Source: an uncultured virus (IMG/VR IMGVR_UViG_3300040751_001717)
Taxonomy: Duplodnaviria; Heunggongvirae; Uroviricota; Caudoviricetes
Length of the DNA: 64,000 bases
Reading direction: 5' to 3' (one strand)
Virus record (IMG/VR): IMGVR_UViG_3300040751_001717
Shown here: in pieces, positions 1-7,086 of the stretch
How the letters are laid out: each line of letters starts with the position of its first letter
How positions within the stretch are numbered: the stretch's first letter is position 1
Program-made: the position numbers and the translations under genes
Notes under the pieces: generated by a model
What the model was told of the DNA's origin: nothing
What the model saw: only the letters and a program-made list of their open reading frames with translations
The model's database searches: none

Positions 1-29
1 TTATATGCTCTTAATTCTGCTATTTTCAT
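1..29 (-). CDS. 5' end of a hypothetical protein running off the left edge (MKIAELRAY...)
   Basis: ATG at 29 on the minus strand, open to base 1, preceded by an AACCAATC leader like the gene starting at 1121. Confidence 0.5.
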
Positions 30-69
30 ATTACTGTGGATTGGTTATTATACATGGTACTGCACTAAT

Positions 70-167
70 GCTGATTCTAGATCAGACATGAGCCCCACAT
101 GCTTGTCATGGATTCTCACCATAAAGTGGTCAGCTGCGAGCAGTCTAAAGTAATAATGCGCTGACCA
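70..167 (-). ncRNA. candidate structured RNA with a T-loop hairpin
   Basis: 8-bp stem TGGTCAGC/GCTGACCA (127-134/160-167); minus-strand ATGG-TGAGAAT-CCAT hairpin (108-122) resembling a tRNA T-arm; two further small hairpins; entirely intergenic. Confidence 0.4.
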
Positions 168-174
168 GACATTA

Positions 175-522
175 TTACTCAACAATGATAACTCCGTTTT
201 CTGTACGCATCTTTTCAAATGCAGTCTTAGTAAATCGGATTTCTTGGTTACCTACGAATACACTGTAGTATTCGACATGAGAGTATGATAAACCATTGAT
301 ACTCTTCTGTAAGCGAGCTGCTGTCTTGTCCATGTTAAATGAGCTGTTGACTGTACCCGTCTTCTTTCTGTTCACATAGTGAAGCAATTGACCTACGGTA
401 GATGGTTTAATGGAAGCGAGCTTTGAGATTCTCTTCAATGACCATCCTTCGACTTCGTGTAAGTATTGAACTAATTCATACTTAAATTTAAACTGTTTGT
501 CTTTGTAACTATACTTATGCAT
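175..522 (-). CDS. hypothetical protein with probable helix-turn-helix DNA-binding domain
   Basis: 115 aa; YLHEVEGWSLKRISKLASIKPSTVGQLL has the sigma-4/HTH-type pattern. Confidence 0.6.
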   Translation of the reverse strand: MHKYSYKDKQFKFKYELVQYLHEVEGWSLKRISKLASIKPSTVGQLLHYVNRKKTGTVNSSFNMDKTAARLQKSINGLSYSHVEYYSVFVGNQEIRFTKTAFEKMRTENGVIIVE

Positions 523-553
523 AACGATTGTTGTTTAATTACTAATGAGTAAA

Positions 554-667
554 TACTAATTACTTCCTGTCAAGCAGGTTTAGGGTGCGACCCTTGGTTT
601 CTAACCCCGTACTCTTGCAACGCGTTTACTGAGGTTCTTCTTTCTAACCCCACGGAAATAATTAGTA
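554..667 (-). ncRNA. candidate multi-stem structured RNA or cis-element in the leader of the HTH gene
   Basis: 14-bp closing stem (554-567/654-667) with one pair that is G-U only on the minus strand; encloses two GGGGTTAGAAA...AACCT arms. Confidence 0.5.
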
Positions 668-668
668 C

Positions 669-723
669 TAGTAACTACAGATTGTTCCAATAACGATCTC
701 TCTTGACCAGTTGGCAGTTACTA
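669..723 (-). ncRNA. candidate stem-loop element
   Basis: 10-bp closing stem (669-678/714-723), with a G-U pair only on the minus strand. Confidence 0.4.
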
Positions 724-729
724 TGTTTG

Positions 730-933
730 TTAATATGATTTGCGATCTAAATAGTACGCGTGAAGTATTGCTGCTACGATATGAGCAATAATAGCAAAGA
801 TCAGTCTTCCATCTAGTGACCAACTATAATAGTTGAATGGTGCAGTAAATGTAAGAGCGATAATGTAGAGTGACACGAAACTCATTAATACCATAATGAA
901 GTGACGCACAATAGCTTTTAATATACTCTCCAT
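730..933 (-). CDS. small membrane protein (2 predicted TM helices)
   Basis: 67 aa with two hydrophobic stretches; abuts the upstream ORF. Confidence 0.7.
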   Translation of the reverse strand: MESILKAIVRHFIMVLMSFVSLYIIALTFTAPFNYYSWSLDGRLIFAIIAHIVAAILHAYYLDRKSY

Positions 934-935
934 AA

Positions 936-1121
936 CTAGAACATTTGGATTCCGTTAACACTAATGAAGTTGTCTTTGATCAAAGTTCGGGTGCTATTCA
1001 CTTTGCGGTGAGAAGAACCTTTCATAAAGGTAAAAGACTCATTACCTACAGAGAGAGTAATAGATTTGTTAGAAGCAAGCTTACTATTAAGCTCATACTT
1101 CTTAATAAGATGATAATTCAT
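936..1121 (-). CDS. hypothetical protein
   Basis: 61 aa, co-oriented with neighbours, AACCAATC leader. Confidence 0.6.
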   Translation of the reverse strand: MNYHLIKKYELNSKLASNKSITLSVGNESFTFMKGSSHRKVNSTRTLIKDNFISVNGIQMF

Positions 1122-1482
1122 ACGATTGATTGGTTGTAGCTATATTAGTTAATACTATATAACTGGTTAAACAAGTGGTTGTTGAAATGTGAAGAAAAGT
1201 GGTGTTATGTGTGACACACTGAGAATCACACACATACACGTGCAAAAAAGACATCAATCATTCAGGTTTTAACGCATAACCTTATTCCCCTGTTACTTTG
1301 CTCACTAAACCAGTTCTTATTGTATGGTATCTGCTCTTGTTTTACAAGTGAGTTTATTACTGATGCGGATTAATAAAAAAACATATACAGTTCCTGGTAA
1401 CTTACAACGCCCGCCAGGTAGTTTATGCGTAAACTGTATATAGTAACTGTAGTAACTCCACTAATCTGTGAAGCTACTACAG

Positions 1483-1507
1483 GAAGAAAAAGCTCCTTAT
1501 AGGAGCT
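1483..1507 (-). terminator. intrinsic terminator overlapping the stop of ORF 1497-1790
   Basis: AGCTCCT-ATA-AGGAGCT followed by TTTTCTT on the minus strand. Confidence 0.6.
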
Positions 1508-1790
1508 CGTTACCAGTGCTACCGGTTCCGTGAACGAATAGGTGCTGAGCACCGTCTTCGTGAGTTACCATGCTAATGCGTACATCATCAGCAGTTGCAG
1601 TCTTTGCAATCTCCTTGATTGACTGGCTTAAAGGAATCCACACTGATTCATCACCTACGCTGAAGACAGCACCGATGTTTTCCACACCTTCTTTGTTAGT
1701 GTAAGGTTGTAGTTTGAAAGATTTGATTCCTCTCTCCTGTGCAAATGCACGTACACTCATTGTGTTTTCGAACTTGATAATTTTGTTCAT
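1497..1790 (-). CDS. hypothetical protein (possibly a small beta-rich/OB-like fold)
   Basis: 97 aa with globular-looking composition, A-rich leader and its own terminator. Confidence 0.8.
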   Translation of the reverse strand: MNKIIKFENTMSVRAFAQERGIKSFKLQPYTNKEGVENIGAVFSVGDESVWIPLSQSIKEIAKTATADDVRISMVTHEDGAQHLFVHGTGSTGNELL

Positions 1791-1824
1791 GATCTTTAAA
1801 AATTACGTTTTACATATATTACTA

Positions 1825-1917
1825 TGGGGTGCGTAGCGCCCAAGCTTAGGTGGGGGAGCTGTTGCTGGAGACCCCATCACATCACCACACATACAAGTGT
1901 ACCAGTACCGAAAAAAA
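1825..1917. promoter_or_regulatory. GC-rich intergenic element with a C(GTA)G triloop hairpin
   Basis: GGGTGC-GTA-GCGCCC at 1827-1841 plus G/C runs in an otherwise AT-rich sequence. Confidence 0.4.
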
Positions 1918-2103
1918 TTATTTGAACTTAGAAATTAATTGTTCCAGGTAGTAGAGAAAGTATTCTACTAGAATAATAACTAGTGCTACAGGCCAGAGTG
2001 CTGCATCCTTTATAGTTTTCTTTACTTCCCTATTAGGATAGTATCTACGTTCTAGGAGTATGAAGAGTCCCCCGACTATTATGTAGATACTTACCCAGAT
2101 CAT
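1918..2103 (-). CDS. small membrane protein
   Basis: 61 aa, two hydrophobic helices with a WP motif; start/stop overlap with the upstream gene. Confidence 0.75.
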   Translation of the reverse strand: MIWVSIYIIVGGLFILLERRYYPNREVKKTIKDAALWPVALVIILVEYFLYYLEQLISKFK

Positions 2104-2426
2104 TATTTTGTGTATCTAGCTAGTTGTTCAGATATCCGAACCTTTAGAACTATGTCGTCCACATGTTCGTAAGCTTCCTGCAGTAGATCTTTAATATCCT
2201 CTATACTCTTACGCTTAGAGTGCATACGGTTAGTAGTCTCTACTTGAAAGAGGTGGTATGCAATCTCATCTGTATTTTTCAGCTTTCTGTAGTACTTGTC
2301 TAACCTTGCGTCTAGTTTACGTTTACGTTCTAGGTTACTTACTGTAGGGATAGCTTTATGCAGCTCATCGATTCTTCCCTTTAGATACTGAATTTCTAGT
2401 AGCTTGTGAATTTCTTGTTCTGTCAT
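2103..2426 (-). CDS. hypothetical helical protein
   Basis: 107 aa, translationally coupled to both neighbours. Confidence 0.8.
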   Translation of the reverse strand: MTEQEIHKLLEIQYLKGRIDELHKAIPTVSNLERKRKLDARLDKYYRKLKNTDEIAYHLFQVETTNRMHSKRKSIEDIKDLLQEAYEHVDDIVLKVRISEQLARYTK

Positions 2427-2851
2427 AAGTATAGTTTTAAGCCAAGATAAGCATAATTAAGATTTGAGTTGATTTGTATTATAGACCCTGTTACCCCAAA
2501 ACCCCTGTAGAGATTTAAATCCACACCAAATCTACCTACACAAAGGGAGGGGGTATTGTTTATTCGGTAAAGAGGACCGGCGTATATTCTGAGGTAGTCC
2601 GTTATAGGATAGTTGTACTCAAGGAAAGTGTAAGCACTATTGTGGTGCCCCTTATCTACTAGTTGAGTTCCTATCATATAGTTTTTATATCCTACCTGTG
2701 CAATTACTGCTCCGGCATGAATGCAACGAGCATACCCCAAAGCATACACAATATCAGAGTCTAGAGTGTAAGAGGTAGGTTTGTGATAGGGAGAGCACTC
2801 CTGTCCTTGAACAGAGAACGAAAGAAGGAGTAGGAGTGCTAGTATTTTCAC
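2423..2851 (-). CDS. secreted, probable small outer-membrane beta-barrel protein
   Basis: signal peptide MKILALLLLLSFSVQG|Q, alternating beta-strand pattern, C-terminal YLGLKLYL. Confidence 0.6.
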   Translation of the reverse strand: MKILALLLLLSFSVQGQECSPYHKPTSYTLDSDIVYALGYARCIHAGAVIAQVGYKNYMIGTQLVDKGHHNSAYTFLEYNYPITDYLRIYAGPLYRINNTPSLCVGRFGVDLNLYRGFGVTGSIIQINSNLNYAYLGLKLYL

Positions 2852-3231
2852 TGATGTTGCTTTTTAACCTTTTCTGATATAGGAACAGGATCCCCATTTT
2901 CGTCTATCCTTACAAACTTGATGTTCGTGGAAAGAATTATGTTTTGACCACCAGAGTATACATTGTGTGCCCTAGCTTCTAGGTATAGAGTTATTGATGT
3001 ATTACCGACACTCACCACGTCACCATAGATCTTTATAAGCTGACCCTCCTTAGCAGCTCGTTTAAAGATACACTTATCTATCATTACAGTAACCATTCTA
3101 GGAGTATCACATAACTCCATAGCGTATCCTGCAGCGGCGGCATCTAACCAGGCCAGCAACTTACCTCCAAATAGGTTAGCATGGAATCCTAGATCAGACT
3201 TTTTAATTGGGTGAGTTGTAATCAGTTGCAT
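2848..3231 (-). CDS. acyl-CoA thioesterase, hotdog fold (YciA-like)
   Basis: DLGFHANLFGGKLLAWLDAAA, VTV, VGNTSI and FVRIDENGDPVPI motifs; start moved to the ATG at 3231 because the track extension runs through the divergent promoter region. Confidence 0.9.
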   Translation of the reverse strand: MQLITTHPIKKSDLGFHANLFGGKLLAWLDAAAAGYAMELCDTPRMVTVMIDKCIFKRAAKEGQLIKIYGDVVSVGNTSITLYLEARAHNVYSGGQNIILSTNIKFVRIDENGDPVPISEKVKKQHQ

Positions 3232-3257
3232 ATTCAAATATAATAATAAATTTGTAA

Positions 3258-3295
3258 TGTTTAAACTTTTTATGTATATTTGATTATAAACCAAC
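3258..3295 (+). promoter_or_regulatory. promoter of the rightward module; Bacteroidota-type -7 box
   Basis: GTATATTTG at 3274-3282 matches TAnnTTTG; GTTTAAAC palindrome just upstream; AAACCAAC leader at 3288-3295. Confidence 0.6.
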
Positions 3296-3305
3296 TTTAA
3301 ATATT

Positions 3306-3563
3306 ATGGCAAAAAAGCAAAACCCTGCTGTTGAGGAAGAAATGAATGAAAAGGATTTCGCTCAACAAAAACAAGAGCTCATTGAATTCTACAATGACGC
3401 CGTTCCACAATTAGAAGCACAATTGCAATATGAAGATCTTGCTGCCGATGTAGAAGAAGCTAGACTTCGTAGATTGATGGCACAGATGAGAATTGCACAG
3501 TTAATGGCACCACCTCAAGAAGAAGAAGGTGAACTAGCTCCAAGAACCTTAAAGAGAAAGTAG
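3306..3563 (+). CDS. conserved-looking coiled-coil hypothetical protein
   Basis: 85 aa, first gene after the divergent region. Confidence 0.85.
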   Translation: MAKKQNPAVEEEMNEKDFAQQKQELIEFYNDAVPQLEAQLQYEDLAADVEEARLRRLMAQMRIAQLMAPPQEEEGELAPRTLKRK

Positions 3564-3564
3564 T

Positions 3565-4482
3565 ATGATCTATAAAGAAGGACAACAAGGAGAGCAAATT
3601 CGCCAGATTCAACAAGCATTAGGTATTGATGCTGATGGGATCTTCGGTCCAGGTACTAAAAAAGCAGTTATTGCATTTCAGAAAGAAAACAATTTAGCTG
3701 CTGACGGTCTTGTAGGGGAAGAAACTATGAATGCACTAATGTCTGCTACCACAGATAATGGTGAATCAGTTCTAATAGAGCAGATTACACCTTATCGTAA
3801 GAAGACAAAGGTGGTAGATAATTCATTAAGGGTTACTGAATTCTTTTTAGAGCCTGATGAATATAAGCGCGGACCCATTAATGCAGAGTATATTTTCTTG
3901 CATCACACTGCAGGATGGCACAATCCATACAGTTGCATCAGTCAATGGGGTAGAGATAGCAGAGGGGCGGTAGCTACAGAGTTTGTTATGGGAGGTCAGT
4001 CTGTAAAAGACGGTAATTCCGAACATGATGGGGTAGTAGTTCAAGCTTTCCCAGAAGGAAACTGGGGATATCACTTAGGTAAGAACGGATCATCATACAT
4101 GCATAAGAACTCAATTGGTATCGAAGTGTGTAACTTTGGTTGGATCAAGGATGGTAAAACTTACGCAAATGTTGTAGCTGCTGATAATCAGATAGTTACG
4201 CTTGATCAGCCGTTTAGAGGTCATACAACATGGCATAGATACTCGGATGCACAAATTGAAAACTTGCGTTTATGGTTAATCTGGATTGGGAAAAGAAATA
4301 GAATTGATATTACCCAAGGTTTACCAGCTTTAGTTAAGCAGCACGGTGCAAAAGCATTTGAGTTTAATGAAGATGCTTACTATGGTAGAGTAAAAGGAGT
4401 TTGGACACACACCAATACTCGTAAGGATAAAGTAGATATGTTCCCACAACAAGAGTTGTTGGACATGTTAGAAAGCTTATAA
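3565..4482 (+). CDS. endolysin: peptidoglycan-binding domain plus N-acetylmuramoyl-L-alanine amidase (Amidase_2-like)
   Basis: N-terminal ADGIFGPGT/ADGLVGEET repeats; LHHTAG, SIGIEVCN and THTNTRKDKVD Zn-amidase motifs. Confidence 0.9.
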   Translation: MIYKEGQQGEQIRQIQQALGIDADGIFGPGTKKAVIAFQKENNLAADGLVGEETMNALMSATTDNGESVLIEQITPYRKKTKVVDNSLRVTEFFLEPDEYKRGPINAEYIFLHHTAGWHNPYSCISQWGRDSRGAVATEFVMGGQSVKDGNSEHDGVVVQAFPEGNWGYHLGKNGSSYMHKNSIGIEVCNFGWIKDGKTYANVVAADNQIVTLDQPFRGHTTWHRYSDAQIENLRLWLIWIGKRNRIDITQGLPALVKQHGAKAFEFNEDAYYGRVKGVWTHTNTRKDKVDMFPQQELLDMLESL

Positions 4483-4489
4483 ATAAATA

Positions 4490-4864
4490 ATGATGGCTCT
4501 AGTAAAACGAATCGAGAAGAAAGCAAGGTTGTCTAATGAAACTCTGATTAAATATCAGATTTTGACTTACTGCTTTTTGAATAATATTCAAGTAAGTGAG
4601 GCGGACTTAACCAGCCTTGCTCTTCTTGCTCGTACCGGTGAACCTGAGCTTACGGAGTTTTGTCTTACGGTCAGTGATCAGAACATCTTTAAAAGTCCGC
4701 AATCAGCAAGAAATGCTATTACTAAAGCGGAAAAGAAAAAGCTTGTAGTGAAAAACGGTAAGAATAAGAAAACAATAATGCTTAATCCTGAGATTGAAGT
4801 TTATTGTGATGGTACAATATTTTTAGAATATAAATTCCTAGGAGTTGAACCCAAAGAAAGCTAA
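4490..4864 (+). CDS. winged-helix-like DNA-binding protein
   Basis: 124 aa; SPQSARNAITKAEKKKLVVK...LNP pattern; position as in crAss-like late modules. Confidence 0.6.
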   Translation: MMALVKRIEKKARLSNETLIKYQILTYCFLNNIQVSEADLTSLALLARTGEPELTEFCLTVSDQNIFKSPQSARNAITKAEKKKLVVKNGKNKKTIMLNPEIEVYCDGTIFLEYKFLGVEPKES

Positions 4865-5231
4865 AGACTTTGTAAGCGATGTTGCAAATGAACTTAACCT
4901 TCAAGACGATCTTGTAAAAGAAGTTGTGTCCTTTTTTTGGGCAAAGGTTAGAAGTGGTTTAGGTGATTTAAAGCACCACACTATTACTGTTCCTAATTTA
5001 GGAACGTTTAAGGTAAGGCGTAATAAGATGAACGAAATGGTAAAAAAGAGTGAAGAGATTATGCAACACTCTGATCCTAAAGAGTTTAAACAATACGCCG
5101 CTTATACTCATGCCTCAGACAGATTGCAAAAGATTAAAAACCTTCAAGAAATGTTAGAGGAAGAGTACAGTAGAAAGATGGATATTAAAAACAATAGAAA
5201 TGAAAAGTCTACTGGAGATTTGGAAAAATAA
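4845..5231 (+). CDS. HU/IHF-like DNA-binding protein
   Basis: DFVSDVANELNL...VKEVVSFF...ITVPNLGTFKVR HU/IHF signature; TTG start. Confidence 0.8.
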   Translation: MNPKKAKDFVSDVANELNLQDDLVKEVVSFFWAKVRSGLGDLKHHTITVPNLGTFKVRRNKMNEMVKKSEEIMQHSDPKEFKQYAAYTHASDRLQKIKNLQEMLEEEYSRKMDIKNNRNEKSTGDLEK

Positions 5232-5508
5232 AGGACAGATACTAGAAGGTATTCTTAATTCTGTTTTTAAAAAAGAAGATGTAGAAGCTATAGCTGATTC
5301 GCGATTCGCGATTTGCAAATCATGCACAGACTTAGACACAGAAGGTAAAGACTGTTTAGCACCAGGCACTCAACCTTGCTGTTCTTTATGTGGTTGCAGT
5401 CTGGCATTTAAAACTAGATCTATGTCTTCCGAGTGTCCCGCAGGTAAGTGGAAAGCACTAATGAGCGAGCAGGAAGAAGATATGTTAAACGAAAAACTAG
5501 ATTTATAA
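5200..5508 (+). CDS. Cys-rich putative Zn-binding protein (DUF6171-like)
   Basis: RFAICKSC...CCSLCGCSLAFKTR...CPAGKW. Confidence 0.75.
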   Translation: MKSLLEIWKNKGQILEGILNSVFKKEDVEAIADSRFAICKSCTDLDTEGKDCLAPGTQPCCSLCGCSLAFKTRSMSSECPAGKWKALMSEQEEDMLNEKLDL

Positions 5509-6323
5509 TGTCAGTTGCATTTAAAGAAGAAGATCATAGTTACAGTAGTCTCGGAGAAGAAGCTGTAAACTGGACATCTGTAACTTCTTTCATAGGGAAG
5601 TTTAAGAAACCATTTAATGCTAATGAAATAGCCGGTAAGGTTATCAAAAGCAAAAGATCTAAATGGTATGGTATGACTAAGCAACAAGTACTAGATGCTT
5701 GGTCTAATGAAGGTAAACGTGCTGTAGATTTAGGAAATTGGTATCATAATCAAAGAGAAGCTGATATACTTTCTTTAGAAACATTCGGAAGGACGGGTAA
5801 AGAGTTGCCCGTCTTTTCACCAATTATTAGAGAAGACGGTGTAAAAATTGCACCAAATCAAAAGCTTACAGAGGGTATCTATCCTGAACACTTTGTGTAT
5901 CTAAAGTCCGCAGGTTTATGTGGACAGGCGGATCTTGTAGAAGTAGTAGATGGTACGATAAATATTGTAGACTACAAGACTAACAAAGAAATTAAAATGG
6001 AGTCCTACAAAAACTATGAGGGGATTTCAGAAAAGATGTTTGGTCCGCTATCTCACTTAGATGACTGTAACTATAGTCATTACAATATTCAGATGTCTAT
6101 ATACATGTACATCATGCTTAGACATAATCCTAAGCTTAAACCGGGTACACTGCAATTACAACACGTTAAGTTTGAACAAGTTGGTGAAGATGAGAATGGA
6201 TACCCGATTAATGCTTTTGTAAACGGAGAACCCGTTGTAGAAGATGTTATAGTCTATAATATGCCGTATCTTAAAGATGAGGTAGTTTCTCTAATTCATT
6301 ACATAAAAGATAACACACTATGA
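5508..6323 (+). CDS. PD-(D/E)XK exonuclease-family protein
   Basis: SVT, G..H, GQADL, IVDYKT and Y..Q.S.Y motifs; start set at the ATG overlapping the previous stop (TAATG). Confidence 0.85.
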   Translation: MSVAFKEEDHSYSSLGEEAVNWTSVTSFIGKFKKPFNANEIAGKVIKSKRSKWYGMTKQQVLDAWSNEGKRAVDLGNWYHNQREADILSLETFGRTGKELPVFSPIIREDGVKIAPNQKLTEGIYPEHFVYLKSAGLCGQADLVEVVDGTINIVDYKTNKEIKMESYKNYEGISEKMFGPLSHLDDCNYSHYNIQMSIYMYIMLRHNPKLKPGTLQLQHVKFEQVGEDENGYPINAFVNGEPVVEDVIVYNMPYLKDEVVSLIHYIKDNTL

Positions 6324-6571
6324 CACCAGTAACACTAAAGAAGATTTACTCATACGTTAAACAGGATAAAAACGATCCGACTATTGTAACGAATAAGTAT
6401 CATTATGTTGATTGCACTATTGACACAGCAAGTGTAGAATCTATTATTCAGTATATGGACCCTCAGACCGGAGCATTTGACTCAAACATTACAGAGCTGC
6501 ATATGAAGTCAGGTGAGATTATTTATGTTCAGGGTGGTTACACTACTGTTAAAAATATTATAACTGTATGA
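6320..6571 (+). CDS. hypothetical protein
   Basis: 83 aa, ATGA overlaps on both sides. Confidence 0.8.
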   Translation: MTPVTLKKIYSYVKQDKNDPTIVTNKYHYVDCTIDTASVESIIQYMDPQTGAFDSNITELHMKSGEIIYVQGGYTTVKNIITV

Positions 6572-7086
6572 TAATCAGACTCTTTGATGTTCAAAATGGA
6601 AAAATAATTCCATCAGAGCACTGCTACACAATAACTACACTTAATAAAATTATAGAAGAGTATCCGGAAGATCATCTTTCAATCTTTACGTATTTGTTCT
6701 ATATGACGTGTCCTAATCCAGATCTAAATCCTTTCTTTAATATTCCTGAGACGGAAAAAGAAACGATGATACTGGATGAAATAAACTGCGAGTTTTCTTT
6801 AGAAGATGACTTAGTTATAGCGGGATTAAACCTATGTAAGAAATTATATGAAACACCAACCTATCGAGCGTATAAAGGTATATCCAGTATGTTGGATAGA
6901 TTGGCAAAATACATGGAAACTACTCCTATTGAACACGGTAGAGATGGTAACATTAACTCTATTGTAAATGCTGCTGCTAAGTTTGAACAAATAAGAAGCT
7001 CATTTAAAGGTGCTTACAGTGATCTTGTTGATGAACAAAAGAGTTCAGTTAGAGGAGGTCAAGGATTAGCTTACGATCAAATGTAA
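6568..7086 (+). CDS. conserved protein upstream of TerL (possible terminase small subunit)
   Basis: 172 aa, coupled to TerL; ends VRGGQGLAYDQM; function inferred from position only. Confidence 0.6.
   Translation: MIIRLFDVQNGKIIPSEHCYTITTLNKIIEEYPEDHLSIFTYLFYMTCPNPDLNPFFNIPETEKETMILDEINCEFSLEDDLVIAGLNLCKKLYETPTYRAYKGISSMLDRLAKYMETTPIEHGRDGNINSIVNAAAKFEQIRSSFKGAYSDLVDEQKSSVRGGQGLAYDQM

Noticed and set aside
70..167. tRNA gene
   Set aside because: Only a T-arm-like hairpin is present; no acceptor, D or anticodon arms fit
598..651. CRISPR mini-array (11-nt repeat with a 32-nt gap)
   Set aside because: Only two copies of an 11-mer, too short for a CRISPR repeat, no cas genes, and better explained as arms of a folded element
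669..723. Twister ribozyme (minus-strand TAACTGCCAACTGGTCAAG looks superficially similar)
   Set aside because: The 3' half lacks the pairings and conserved residues needed for the two twister pseudoknots
945..1552. ORFs 945-1139 (+) and 1370-1552 (-)
   Set aside because: The first is antisense to a better-supported gene; the second overlaps the 97-aa gene and runs through its terminator and structured DNA
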